From positions 192,648 through 256,647 of the forward strand of contig JAAOYA010000008.1 of NCBI GenBank assembly GCA_018221105.1: 64,000 nt of DNA, in the 5' to 3' direction. Positions 48,301 through 58,079 of this stretch are shown one piece after another (positions within the stretch are counted from its first letter, which is position 1; every line of letters starts with the position of its first letter). Source of the DNA: Candidatus Woesearchaeota archaeon. Lineage in GTDB: Archaea; Nanobdellota; Nanobdellia; Woesearchaeales; JAAOYA01. The translations under genes and the position numbers were made by a program. Under the pieces are notes generated by a model. The model was not told where the DNA came from, did no database searches, and worked only from the letters and a program-made list of their open reading frames with translations.

Positions 48301-48454
48301 AACAAGTGTAAACTTGCGTTCTAACATTATTCAAATCATTATTTGTTGTTTGTTCAAAGTAATTATATGTTATATCTGTTGTTGCCATAGCTCCAACTAT
48401 TGTTACTATTAATGAAATGATTGCAAAAGTCCAAAACATTATTTTTTTCATCAT
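45329..48454 (-). CDS. secreted PKD-repeat surface protein/adhesin
   Basis: Signal peptide; four PKD units (A.P..G..PL.V.F...W.FGD...H/N.Y...G.YT..TV.D.DGD); C-terminal Ig-like domain. Confidence 0.88.
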   Translation of the reverse strand: MMKKIMFWTFAIISLIVTIVGAMATTDITYNYFEQTTNNDLNNVRTQVYTCLDDDCENTSTTFFFDANSGSGNTQTVPYPTNLVSPFGYARFSLRLGYVPMEGRAYWHCIGGNDCSEDYNVEFYKLDNCSATIDNFSVTNSVEAFNPLIVNVSAALDARTHSALTQTFDDVRFIPLDQSIRDEYYSARTRIDLEIINQNTGAIVHSDNTELYIFADDSENVHFSWTPVIEGDYTARVTSTVIDAKCSSDVPLYSQKYFDVYPRQPQGECYTLLNNLQTDDPTLQVNQSIVVSAQKISNYVDNNSVYTPIQTQTYFEVFDENSVLVDSQPALLVANNNSFLSESFSFDWTPQNAGVHLLRISAKGLCFSGINQTEDMIEQTIFVNGVFINDTNQTNDTTANYTVTFQARDSTTAQILQGVAINVDSTQLMTDSSGQVSIELTPNNYTYIAALVGYVPRTATFEVTDNDMTVMFTLSTVNTPPQLFGLPDLYLTENITPPVSLIDLWSYAIDNEQSDDQLTFSITSQTNTGVVNCFITSNRYINCNIPTVQGTTDITVQTTDGQYTASDTFTVFVNQTLPPVIDTQPNLTISASPDNGTVPLFVQFNSVVVAGETPFIYFWDFGDDIGISTQANPTYNYTTVGNYTVTAIVFDVDGDNDTATLTVTVNPSTIIDTQPILTITANPDNGTEPLFVQFNSAVIGGEAPYTYSWNFGDGTTSSLASPTNNYTTPGIYTVMATVTDTDGDIDTEILTITVNQIIPSDTVPTVTINANPQTGQAPLPVQFNLSIVGGEAPYTYSWNFGDNITSNLQSLAHTYIFSGVYTATVTVTDADGDTDTDSILISANLLDQPATAQIIATPKSGVAPLTIDFEAVGSGDLPLNYVWDFDDGTAATGQFTQHDFSDAGRYTVTLTVIDADGDMATDTTTIRVGEEPLYKPTDILKLNRLSVVSGEFYKPGDAIATFVSFENTFGDDLEDVKITLAVPQLGIFRTVGTFDVDEGKTLNKRAVLNIPRDAKTGNYEIRIVISDGTLRRVKHRFITII

Positions 48455-48455
48455 T

Positions 48456-49478
48456 TTAATTGCCTACTCCGCCACCGCCTGTTTCTCCACCGCCAGCAGA
48501 ACCTCCTGAATCGGTTGATCCTCTAGTAGCATCTGAACCTTCATAAGTCTCGTGATCTGGTAAGTTTGGCCAAGTGTTAATAGAATGATCAATAGCTGTA
48601 TCGCCTTTGTTCAGAACTATTAATGTTTCAAGGTTATTCTCGTCTTCTACTTTATGTAGATCTGGCAATGTTACTATAAATCTACCTTTGGATTTCTCTT
48701 TTACTTTGTATTTTAAATCTTTGTCAGTGATTATTACAATATCGGGATTTTCTGTTTTTGGAGTTGTAGACTTATAGATTTCTATAACCTTCAGGCCATT
48801 TGTTCTCGCGTCTTCGATAAGTTTTAATACTTCTTTTTCAGTTGTTGCGACAGTGCCTTTTTTGAAACCTTTGTAGTCACAACGAATATCAAGATTTCGT
48901 TTTGGGAAACCATATTTGTCTAAAATTTTTGATTCTGCAACTCTTAATGACCCGTAAGGTCTATCAACAGCTTCTGGTTGTTCAGCTTCTGTTGCAGCGT
49001 AAGCTGGTTGAGAAACATTTGCTTGCTGTGCAGTATTAGCAATTGTACTGCTTGCGTTTGCACTAAGAACTGTTGAACTGATACCACTATTATCAGGTTC
49101 ATCTATAGTGTCTGCAGCATCATTAACAACTTCTACAGGTTTTGGACTTTCTGGCGTTTTAGGTTTTATAGGAGTTACTGCCGCACTACCCATTTTAGAA
49201 TCTAAACTTTCTGCATTTACAGATTTTTGCGTGTCATCACCAGTCTTTTCTTGTTCAACTTTTAAGTTTGTTGAATGGTTTGGCGCTACTTTATCAGCGT
49301 CTTTGCTTGTTATACCACAATAAGCTAGTGTTGCCAAGACAGCAAGTCCTGTTATTGCAGCTCCTTTTTTTATTGGCCCCCACTTTCTGTTTTTTGAAAA
49401 AGTAGGCAGTTTAGGATTTGGAAATTCTTCTTCTGCGCGCTCTAATCCTGTTTTGTTCGAGTTTTGTTCTGACGTCAT
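48456..49478 (-). CDS. hypothetical membrane-anchored protein with low-complexity linker and Gly-rich C-terminus
   Basis: N-terminal TM (AAITGLAVLATLAYCG), S/T/A/P linker, ends GGSAGGGETGGGGVGN. Confidence 0.6.
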   Translation of the reverse strand: MTSEQNSNKTGLERAEEEFPNPKLPTFSKNRKWGPIKKGAAITGLAVLATLAYCGITSKDADKVAPNHSTNLKVEQEKTGDDTQKSVNAESLDSKMGSAAVTPIKPKTPESPKPVEVVNDAADTIDEPDNSGISSTVLSANASSTIANTAQQANVSQPAYAATEAEQPEAVDRPYGSLRVAESKILDKYGFPKRNLDIRCDYKGFKKGTVATTEKEVLKLIEDARTNGLKVIEIYKSTTPKTENPDIVIITDKDLKYKVKEKSKGRFIVTLPDLHKVEDENNLETLIVLNKGDTAIDHSINTWPNLPDHETYEGSDATRGSTDSGGSAGGGETGGGGVGN

Positions 49479-49580
49479 TGTTGTGCTGGAGAGATAAGTC
49501 TTATATTTAAAGCTTTCTTATTTTCACTACTATGTGATAAGAACAAAACTCTTTTCTATATTGCCCTAAATATTAATTGA

Positions 49581-50642
49581 ATGATTACAGTCGTTGGAGG
49601 AGGGCCAGTAGGAAGCTTTAGTGCTTACAATCTAACAAAAAAAGGTCAAAAAGTTAGAATTTTTGAGGAACACAAAAAAATAGGTGTTCCTGTGCAATGT
49701 ACAGGTATCGTAACAAAACAAATCGATGACATAGTAAAACTTAAAAAAAATGTTATATTAAACAAAGTAACTAAAGCTAAAATTATAGCTCCAAACAACA
49801 AAAGTGTCACCTTAGCAGTAAAAGATTATGTTATTGACAGAACACTATTTGACGAGCAGTTATCCGATATGGCAGTTGACGCCGGAGCAAAATTATTTAC
49901 TAACACGCGATTTTTAGATTATACAAAAAGAGTCAAGGTGAAACAAGGCACTAAAACAAAATATTTTTCTACTGATTGGCTTGTTGGTGCTGACGGGCCA
50001 AATTCTAAAGTAAGATTATTAATAACTACTAAAAGACCGAAAGTGCTAGTCGGAAAACAAGCCATTATTAAAGGAAGTTTTGAGAAAAATACTTTTCAAG
50101 TATACTTAGACGTTCCAAATTTTTTTGGTTGGGTAGTGCCAATTGATTCAACAACAGCTCGCGTTGGACTAGCCACAACCACTAATGTTGCAAAACACTT
50201 TGAAAATTTCATAAAAGGCAAAGGCAAAATACAAGAATTACAAGCTGGAACAATACCAATTTTTAACCCTCTGCTCAAAACTCAAAAAAACAACATTCTA
50301 ATAGTGGGTGACGCAGCAGGACAAATCAAGGCAACAACTGGCGGAGGAATAATCCCAGGACTAAAAGCCTCAAAAATAGCAGCTAAAAGTATAATAAAAA
50401 AAAGTGATTATAACCTGTCATGCAAAGCAAAACTCGGTGTTGAACTAACAACTCATTTAATGATTAGAAAAACACTCAATAAATTTAGCGCAAAAGATTA
50501 TAATGAACTAATAACTCTTACAAATCAACAAAAAATACGTAATGTTTTTGCACAAGCTTCAAGAGATAATTTTTCATTAACAGCACTAAAATTGATGTTT
50601 CAAGAGCCAAAATACTTAAAATACTTAACAAAACTGTTCTAA
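49581..50642 (+). CDS. geranylgeranyl reductase family FAD oxidoreductase
   Basis: VVGGGPVG, PVQCTG, GADGPNS, GWVVP, VGDAAGQIKATTGGGI. Confidence 0.88.
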   Translation: MITVVGGGPVGSFSAYNLTKKGQKVRIFEEHKKIGVPVQCTGIVTKQIDDIVKLKKNVILNKVTKAKIIAPNNKSVTLAVKDYVIDRTLFDEQLSDMAVDAGAKLFTNTRFLDYTKRVKVKQGTKTKYFSTDWLVGADGPNSKVRLLITTKRPKVLVGKQAIIKGSFEKNTFQVYLDVPNFFGWVVPIDSTTARVGLATTTNVAKHFENFIKGKGKIQELQAGTIPIFNPLLKTQKNNILIVGDAAGQIKATTGGGIIPGLKASKIAAKSIIKKSDYNLSCKAKLGVELTTHLMIRKTLNKFSAKDYNELITLTNQQKIRNVFAQASRDNFSLTALKLMFQEPKYLKYLTKLF

Positions 50643-50696
50643 AAGCACAATCTTTAAATACAAAATTATTTTTTGAAAAGGTAGGGGAGTGAACAC

Positions 50697-53540
50697 TTGA
50701 CAAAGGAAAACGAAGAATTAAGCATCGATTTCAAAAAAATATCAAAATATTTTAAGAATTTTTTCAAAAGCGATTCAAAACAAACTAAAAAAACATCAAA
50801 AAGTGATGATAGTGATATGTCTATTGATGTTGCAAAAGTTATTGATTTTACAAAAAAATATGCTTTAGTATTTCTTATTTTAATACCTATAATTTTCAGT
50901 GTTTATCTAAGAATTACTCCTGCAAATCTTCCAGTAACAGATGATTGGGCGCGTCAAAGCGTTGATAATTTTTATCGTCAAAACATAGAAGCACAAATCA
51001 ATCAACAATACCCTAATCTTCCAGCCCAAAACAAACAAGCACTAGTCAATGAACAATTAAATATTATTAAAACACAAAACAAAGGCCAGTATGAACAACA
51101 ACTATCAAGTACTAGTCAAGAGTTTAAATCATGGTTGAAAAATGAAGATGGCACCACATATTTGTTAGCAATTGATCCTTACACTTGGTATCGTAGAGCA
51201 GGCAATATTGTAGAAAAGGGTCATGTTGGTGATGAAGTGCGTGATGGAGTACAATGGGACAATCACATGTTGGCACCGCTTGGTAGTCCGGCAGATATTA
51301 ATCTTCACACTTATTTAATAGCTTTTTTTTATAAGTTTTTGAAAATTTTCAACAAAGATATCAGCTTAATGGCTGCTTCTTTTTATATTCCGTTAATCAT
51401 TGCGACACTTTCAGTAATACCAGCATTTTTTATTGCTAGAAAGTATGGCGGCAACCTTGCAGGTCTTATTGCCAGCGTGATGGTTGCAATACACCCAGTT
51501 TTTTTATCAAGAACACCGGCAGGCTTTTCTGATACTGATGCTTACAACGTGTTTTTTCCACTGCTTATAATGTGGGTTTTTATTGAAGCATATGAAGCAA
51601 AAGATTTGAAATTAAAACTTGGTCTTGGGGCGCTAGCAGGCTTTTTTATAGGTTTGTATGCTTTTGCTTGGGCTGGTTGGTGGTATATCTTTGATTTTAT
51701 ACTAGTGACAATAATTGCTACAACAAGCTATTATTTGATAATAGGTTATTTAAACAAGAAAAAAGTCAAAACCAAAAATTTTAACACTCAAAGCGCCATG
51801 TTGTTAGGAGCTACTTATTTAGTGGCTTCAGCGATATTTATAACTATTTTTAAAAGCTTCAAAACATTTATTTCAGCTTTTACAAATCCAATATCATTTA
51901 CGCAAGTAAAGGACGTTGCATCATTTAAGATATGGCCTAATGTGTACACTACTGTTGCAGAACTTGGGAGTGCTTCAACAAATCAAACAATAAAAAGTAT
52001 TGGCGGCCCGTTTCTTTTTTTAATAGCTCTTATTGGCATCATAATAGTATTGTTTAAAAAGTTTGACAAAAACGAAATGCAAATGCTTACCTTAGCAGTG
52101 GGTTATTATTTGTTACTATTATTTTTTAGAAATTCAATCAATAACATCTTACTATTTTTGATTTTATTAGCACTACCAATAGCCCTAAGATTATACCAAT
52201 TAATAATGCAACGAGAAACCGACATCGATATTAAATATGCTATATTTTTGATAGTTTGGTTTTTAGGAACAATATATTCTGCAACTAAAGGTGTGCGTTT
52301 CATAATGCTTTTAGTGCCAGCTTTCAGTATAGCTTTAGGAATAGGTGCTTCAAGACTCTCACAACTGATAAGTCAATGGTTAGAGCATGACTTAGAATTT
52401 AATAAAAAAGCAGCAAAAACTCTAGTAATTACTATTGTATTAGTCGGAATTTTTATTTTTCCAACAAACATTATAGCCAGTGCAAAGCAAACATCAAAAA
52501 ATGAAATTCCAAGCATGAATGATGCATGGTATCAATCACTAGAAAAAATAAAATTTGAAAGCGAACCTGACGCAATTATTAACTCGTGGTGGGATTTTGG
52601 CCACTGGTTTAAAGCAATTGCTGATCGCAGAGTAACTTTTGATGGTGCAAGCCAGAATACTCCACAAGCACATTGGATTGGTAAAACACTATTGACCAGT
52701 GATCAAGATACCGCAATTGGCATTCTTCGAATGCTTGACTGTGGAGCAAATACAGCATTTGACGATTTAAACAATGTTCTTGATAATGAACCATTGTCTG
52801 TTGATGTCCTAAATGAAATAATCGTTCTTGATATGCAAAGCGCTAAAACAACACTAAAAAAATATGTGACCAATAATCAAGTTATAGATGATATTTTAGA
52901 AAAAACACATTGTGAACCTCCACAAAACTATTTTATTACCAGCCAAGATATGGTCGGAAAAAGCGGTGTGTGGGCGCACTTTGGAAGTTGGGATTTTTAC
53001 AGGGCATCAATGTACCAACAAGTTAGCTCTCTTGAACAATCACAAGGCATAAAAATTTTAGAAGAAGAATTTAACGTTAGCGACTCTCAAAAAACTTATT
53101 TTGAGATTAAAACAACAGACGCTGACCAATGGGTAGCACCTTGGCCTAGTTATGCTTCAGGAATTTTTGGTTGTCAAAAAACCAAAAATCAAATTTTATG
53201 TTCTAATGGAGTACAATTTAATATTAGCACTAGACAAGCTTTTATTCCAACACAACAAGGTTTACAGCTTGCTGATGCAGTATCATATGTTGAAAACGGT
53301 CAGTTTAAACTAAAACAATTAAATGGTGACACCGGGCTCGGAGTAGCTTTCATACCAAAAACTAATACATCATACAATGGAATTTTAATGCATGAAGACT
53401 TAACAGGCTCAATGTTTACAAGATTGTTCTTTTTTGATGGTTTAGGACTTGATGGTTTTGAAAAATTTAGTGATAAAACTGACGTGTTTGGCCAGCGAAT
53501 AATTGTTTGGAAGGTTAATTGGCAAGCAAATGAAAACTAA
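50697..53540 (+). CDS. aglB: oligosaccharyltransferase AglB (STT3)
   Basis: IDPY, GFSDTD, TVAE, SWWDFGHW; multiple TM helices. Confidence 0.95.
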   Translation: MTKENEELSIDFKKISKYFKNFFKSDSKQTKKTSKSDDSDMSIDVAKVIDFTKKYALVFLILIPIIFSVYLRITPANLPVTDDWARQSVDNFYRQNIEAQINQQYPNLPAQNKQALVNEQLNIIKTQNKGQYEQQLSSTSQEFKSWLKNEDGTTYLLAIDPYTWYRRAGNIVEKGHVGDEVRDGVQWDNHMLAPLGSPADINLHTYLIAFFYKFLKIFNKDISLMAASFYIPLIIATLSVIPAFFIARKYGGNLAGLIASVMVAIHPVFLSRTPAGFSDTDAYNVFFPLLIMWVFIEAYEAKDLKLKLGLGALAGFFIGLYAFAWAGWWYIFDFILVTIIATTSYYLIIGYLNKKKVKTKNFNTQSAMLLGATYLVASAIFITIFKSFKTFISAFTNPISFTQVKDVASFKIWPNVYTTVAELGSASTNQTIKSIGGPFLFLIALIGIIIVLFKKFDKNEMQMLTLAVGYYLLLLFFRNSINNILLFLILLALPIALRLYQLIMQRETDIDIKYAIFLIVWFLGTIYSATKGVRFIMLLVPAFSIALGIGASRLSQLISQWLEHDLEFNKKAAKTLVITIVLVGIFIFPTNIIASAKQTSKNEIPSMNDAWYQSLEKIKFESEPDAIINSWWDFGHWFKAIADRRVTFDGASQNTPQAHWIGKTLLTSDQDTAIGILRMLDCGANTAFDDLNNVLDNEPLSVDVLNEIIVLDMQSAKTTLKKYVTNNQVIDDILEKTHCEPPQNYFITSQDMVGKSGVWAHFGSWDFYRASMYQQVSSLEQSQGIKILEEEFNVSDSQKTYFEIKTTDADQWVAPWPSYASGIFGCQKTKNQILCSNGVQFNISTRQAFIPTQQGLQLADAVSYVENGQFKLKQLNGDTGLGVAFIPKTNTSYNGILMHEDLTGSMFTRLFFFDGLGLDGFEKFSDKTDVFGQRIIVWKVNWQANEN

Positions 53541-55332
53541 ATCAAAAGCCAAAAAAGCAAAAACTGAAGATTTGATTATTAATGTTGATTGGTTAAAAAA
53601 AAAGTTTTCTAAGCTGGCTTTTGAAGATAAAGCTTTTCTAGTAGGATTATTTTTTATGATAGTATTACAAACGATTATTTTTTCAAGCTTTAACCATATT
53701 CCAGGTCCGATGTATGGGGGAGATCTTTATAGAGAACGAGGTTTTACTGAACATCTTGTTAGAGGAGGAAATCTTTTTGATGGACCGCAAATCTCTTCTG
53801 ATGTTAAGCCTTATTACCCATGGTTTTCATTTGTTTTAATGTCAACAACTTCTAAAATTACTGGTTTATCAATAGAATGGTTAGTGGTACATTTCCAAAC
53901 TTTAATAATTATTATAGCGTCAATTTATCTTTACTTACTTGCAAACTTATTTTTTAAAAAGAAATACAAATCATTATTTGTTGTTATGACTTTTTGGGCA
54001 ACCCATATAATATTAGACAAGCCCAGCGCAGGTCTGGCTATGGCTTTAGCGATAGGTTTTTTTTATCATTGGCTAAAAAGCAGCAACAAAACAAAAAATT
54101 TCAAGCATCAGATTATTGCAGGGATACTATTGGGTTTAACTGCCCTAAGTCACACTTCGGTTTTTACAACGCTTTTAGCATTGTATTTTTTAAGTCAATT
54201 AACTGAACTAATTTATCAGTTAAAAACGAAAAATTTCAATTTTCGAAAATTTTTACTAGATAATGCTTTCATATTAGGAATTGCTTTTTTTATATCATTA
54301 TTCTATTACGGTCCACTAATTTATTATTATAAGCTTCAAACAATCAATAAAGCTTATGCTTATTCATTAAATGATCCTTACAATCTTGGAGTTTTTTGGA
54401 GTACTTCAGTGGCTTTAAAAATGTTTTTTAATTGGAAAAGTATATTAGTAGCAATAACTGGAGTAGTCGCTCTATTAGGTTTTATAAGCACACTGTTACA
54501 ATTTAAAAAATCAGTTAAGTATCGATTGTTAGTTTATGTTTTTGTTGGTACCATCATAGCTGCAGCGCATTATCTTATAACAATTCCATTATTTAATGAA
54601 TGGGCGCAGCCAGATCACTTTTTTGTGTTTTTGTTTTTGCCAAAAGCTTTTTTTATTGTTTTAGGGACTGAATTGTTAGCAAACACCATATCAAAAAATA
54701 TTAAACAGTCGATTGACGCAAAAAAAATATTTGTTTTAATAATGCTATGTTTAGTTGTTCCAACATTGTTTGTCACAGTAAAAGCCTATAATAACAATCA
54801 ATGGGTTAATTATGCTCAACAAATTGATTCAGTATCAACGGCAGTATTGCAAACTGGAGAGTGGGTTAAACAAAATACTGATGTTTATGATGTATTTTTG
54901 ACTACTGACGAAAGCGCTTTTGCCCTAAATGGTGTTAGCGGCGCAAAAGTTGTTTTTTCGAGAAGAGTTCACGCTAATTATTTTATTGATATTGAACAAT
55001 TATATGCTGATGGCATTGTAATGTTGTATACTGCTGATGAAGAAATTCAAAAAAAATTGCTTGACGAGTATAATGTTAAATATTTATATTTAGATGCTTA
55101 TAGTTATCAATCACCAATGATAGTTGATAAAAAATATGCAGGTTACTTGCAAGAAAACAATATTAATTATACTAAAGCAATAGTAAGATTAGATCCTTCA
55201 ACAACCAAGGCTCCAACAACAGAAGCTTTAGTAATCCCAGTACAAAATTTTACAGTTGTAAAATTTTTCGAACCCTTGATAGGTTTTAGTGCTGGTAATC
55301 AACAATTTTCAATGATTTATAGTAGAAAATGA
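53530..55332 (+). CDS. polytopic membrane protein, GT-C-like glycosyltransferase
   Basis: First-loop YGGD.Y, YYP, about 11-13 TM helices, AglB-like soluble C-domain (WVKQNT...Y.VKYLY). Confidence 0.65.
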   Translation: MKTKSKAKKAKTEDLIINVDWLKKKFSKLAFEDKAFLVGLFFMIVLQTIIFSSFNHIPGPMYGGDLYRERGFTEHLVRGGNLFDGPQISSDVKPYYPWFSFVLMSTTSKITGLSIEWLVVHFQTLIIIIASIYLYLLANLFFKKKYKSLFVVMTFWATHIILDKPSAGLAMALAIGFFYHWLKSSNKTKNFKHQIIAGILLGLTALSHTSVFTTLLALYFLSQLTELIYQLKTKNFNFRKFLLDNAFILGIAFFISLFYYGPLIYYYKLQTINKAYAYSLNDPYNLGVFWSTSVALKMFFNWKSILVAITGVVALLGFISTLLQFKKSVKYRLLVYVFVGTIIAAAHYLITIPLFNEWAQPDHFFVFLFLPKAFFIVLGTELLANTISKNIKQSIDAKKIFVLIMLCLVVPTLFVTVKAYNNNQWVNYAQQIDSVSTAVLQTGEWVKQNTDVYDVFLTTDESAFALNGVSGAKVVFSRRVHANYFIDIEQLYADGIVMLYTADEEIQKKLLDEYNVKYLYLDAYSYQSPMIVDKKYAGYLQENNINYTKAIVRLDPSTTKAPTTEALVIPVQNFTVVKFFEPLIGFSAGNQQFSMIYSRK

Positions 55333-55982
55333 AAGATTTAAAAAAATTATACAAACGTCGCTTTGGGAAAAAAATAGAGTTTAGAAAAGAATTGTATAAA
55401 ATATTATGTAACGATTTCTACCAACAGTACATTCCAAAAAATGCTGTTTTGTTAGAGATTGGCGCTGGTTATTGTGAGTTTATCAATACTATAAAAGCTA
55501 AAAAAAAGATTGCTGTAGATTTAAACCCTGATATTAAAAGTTTCGCCAAAAAAGATGTGCAAGTAATTCTTACAAGTTCTACAAATCTTAAAAAAATAAA
55601 AAGTTCAAGCATTGACGTAGTATACACTAGTAATTTGTTTGAGCACATAAAAAAAGATGATATTATCAAAACTGTTAGTGAAATACACAGGGTTTTAAAA
55701 AAAGGTGGTAAAATTCTTATTTTGCAGCCTAACATTAGATATTGTTATAAAGATTATTGGATGTTCTTTGATCATATAACACCACTTGATGATCGTAGTG
55801 TTGTAGAAATTTTAGAGATTAATAATTTTAGAATTGTTGAAAACAGACCAAAGTTTTTGCCATACACGACAATTAGTAGGCTTCCAAAGTCGGGGTTATT
55901 GCTTAAGATTTATTTGAGAATACCATTATTGCAAAAGATTTTTGGAAAACAAGCTTTTATTTACGCTATAAAAAATGTCTAA
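55329..55982 (+). CDS. class I SAM-dependent methyltransferase
   Basis: LEIGAGYCEF, AVDLN, SNLFEH, RVLKKGG. Confidence 0.9.
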   Translation: MKDLKKLYKRRFGKKIEFRKELYKILCNDFYQQYIPKNAVLLEIGAGYCEFINTIKAKKKIAVDLNPDIKSFAKKDVQVILTSSTNLKKIKSSSIDVVYTSNLFEHIKKDDIIKTVSEIHRVLKKGGKILILQPNIRYCYKDYWMFFDHITPLDDRSVVEILEINNFRIVENRPKFLPYTTISRLPKSGLLLKIYLRIPLLQKIFGKQAFIYAIKNV

Positions 55983-57672
55983 ACTAATAATTAATAAAAA
56001 AAGCTTAGTTTATGTTGTGATAATTTTATTTTTGATAACTGGTTTTTTTGTGAGGTTTTTGCCTTTTACACAAGGTGATGTTCAATCTGATCAATTACCA
56101 GTGGTTGTCACTTTTGATAATTTTTATCATCCGCATGTTGCTAAATGGTTTTATGATAGCGAGCAAGCAAAGTACACAATGCCTTTTAAAGTTTTAAACT
56201 ATCAGGGGATTAATCTTATGCCGCCGATATTTTATGTTTTAGAAGCAAGCTTTGCAAAAGTTAGTGGTTTAAGTTTTTACCAGAGTTATTTTTTCTTTTT
56301 GTGCGCGCTTTTGGTTTTTACTTCTTTGCAGGCATACTTAATTGCAAAACGTTTTTTTGGCTCTGATGTTGGTCTGGTGACTTTTGCGTTAACATTGTTT
56401 CCTGCAATGGCTTATTATTTTGTTTTGCTTATTGGTTTTTCGCTTGATATTGGAGGATTTTTTTTCTCTTTAGCAACAATTTACTTGTTTATTATCAATA
56501 TTAAAAAAGATAATTTGTGGCTTTCGATAATTATTGGTTTACTGTTAGCAGCTTCTTTTTTAATTCACGTTGTAGAATCAATTGCGTTAATTGTTTCGTT
56601 TTTTTTAGTTTTGGGGGTATTTTATGCTCTAAAAAAAGTTAGTTTTAAGTCTGCACTTTATCAACAATCAACCATCATTGTAAGTTTTTTGCTGGTTATT
56701 GCTTATGTTTTACCATTATTATTTCAAGGTTTGCTCTACGTTGCTCCAACTAGTGGTTCTGTTGGAGAAAAATTTCTTTCAGTAGGCCTAAAACATCAAG
56801 TTCCACAATATTATGCAAAAACAACTCTTTCAGGGTTGATATTATTGTTTACTGTTATTGGTTTATTAGTAATCGCTTTTAATTATAAAAAAATAATAAA
56901 AGATAATCAAAAAATGTCTATACTGATTGTTTTATTATCTATTGTGATTGCTAGTTCTGTTTGGAAGATAGGTATTAACCCTATTAGAAGTTATAGAATC
57001 GGTTACTGGGCTTATTATTTGTTAATGCTTTTGCCGGCAATAGCAATTTGTACTATTGCACAAAGTGTTAAAAAAAATGTTTTAATAAAATTTGTCATGA
57101 TAATATTATTAGCAGGGCTGATAATACTGCCTCAGACAAGTAGTTCTTATGAACAATTAAAAGCCGTTGATGCTAATCCTTTAGTAAACACTAATGGTTG
57201 GAATGCTATAAAATTTGTAAGGGATAACACTCCAGTAAACACTACTCTTTTTGAGTTGTATGGTTTTGAGCATGAATATGGAATGTTGAGTGAGAGAGTT
57301 TTGCTAAAAGGCGATTTGAATCTTGGCGATACAGTAAAAAATATGGAGTTTTTGTGCCAAGGTGAATTTCCCGAATCTTTTATTGTTCAGTTGAGTGTTT
57401 GGAATTGGTACAAAAATAATAGTTTAATCCCTACAAAAAGGGTTGGTTTTTCAAGTTTTGAAAGTGAAAAAATTTACTTGCCAAATAAAAATGATCAAAT
57501 TTCAAAGTTTGAAAAATATCAAAATTATTCTTATAGTGAGCTTGACTATGTTGTAGCGCGCTATCGTAACACTCAAGCAGATTCTTGTATTGCATTTTTT
57601 ATCAATGAGTCCGTAGAGCGTGGCGCTAACATTGTGTATTTGAATGATGAGTTTATAGTTTTAAAAACATGA
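55975..57672 (+). CDS. polytopic membrane protein, GT-C-like glycosyltransferase
   Basis: First-loop TFDNFYH, MPP.F, many TM helices, AIKFVRDNTP soluble C-domain. Confidence 0.62.
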   Translation: MSKLIINKKSLVYVVIILFLITGFFVRFLPFTQGDVQSDQLPVVVTFDNFYHPHVAKWFYDSEQAKYTMPFKVLNYQGINLMPPIFYVLEASFAKVSGLSFYQSYFFFLCALLVFTSLQAYLIAKRFFGSDVGLVTFALTLFPAMAYYFVLLIGFSLDIGGFFFSLATIYLFIINIKKDNLWLSIIIGLLLAASFLIHVVESIALIVSFFLVLGVFYALKKVSFKSALYQQSTIIVSFLLVIAYVLPLLFQGLLYVAPTSGSVGEKFLSVGLKHQVPQYYAKTTLSGLILLFTVIGLLVIAFNYKKIIKDNQKMSILIVLLSIVIASSVWKIGINPIRSYRIGYWAYYLLMLLPAIAICTIAQSVKKNVLIKFVMIILLAGLIILPQTSSSYEQLKAVDANPLVNTNGWNAIKFVRDNTPVNTTLFELYGFEHEYGMLSERVLLKGDLNLGDTVKNMEFLCQGEFPESFIVQLSVWNWYKNNSLIPTKRVGFSSFESEKIYLPNKNDQISKFEKYQNYSYSELDYVVARYRNTQADSCIAFFINESVERGANIVYLNDEFIVLKT

Positions 57673-58079
57673 AAAAGAAAAAAAGAAAAGCGACAACTGC
57701 TAAAAAGCAAAATGATTGGGTTTTTGCATTAACAGAAGATTTAATGCCATTAAAATATGTGTTATATGGTATTTTGTTTTTTGGTTTTGCTATGTTGGTT
57801 TTTACTAACCTAACATTTGTTGAAGTTTTACAGTTAATGATTGCTATCTTTTTGTTTTTTTTCCTTGCAGGATATTCAATACTATTAAATTTTGATTTTG
57901 ATACTGATGAAAGAATCATTTTGGGCATTCCGTTAAGTGTTGCTTTAATTGGCTTAACAGTTTATTATTTGAATGTTTTTTTTGGTATTGCTATGAGCGC
58001 GTACACTGTTATTTTGGTAATAATTTTTTATTTTGCGACAGGCTTTTTAATAAAAAACAAATCTTTACTAAAAAAATGA
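57669..58079 (+). CDS. small 4-TM membrane protein
   Basis: Four hydrophobic helices; GY...D..ERIILGIPLS motif. Confidence 0.6.
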   Translation: MKKKKRKATTAKKQNDWVFALTEDLMPLKYVLYGILFFGFAMLVFTNLTFVEVLQLMIAIFLFFFLAGYSILLNFDFDTDERIILGIPLSVALIGLTVYYLNVFFGIAMSAYTVILVIIFYFATGFLIKNKSLLKK

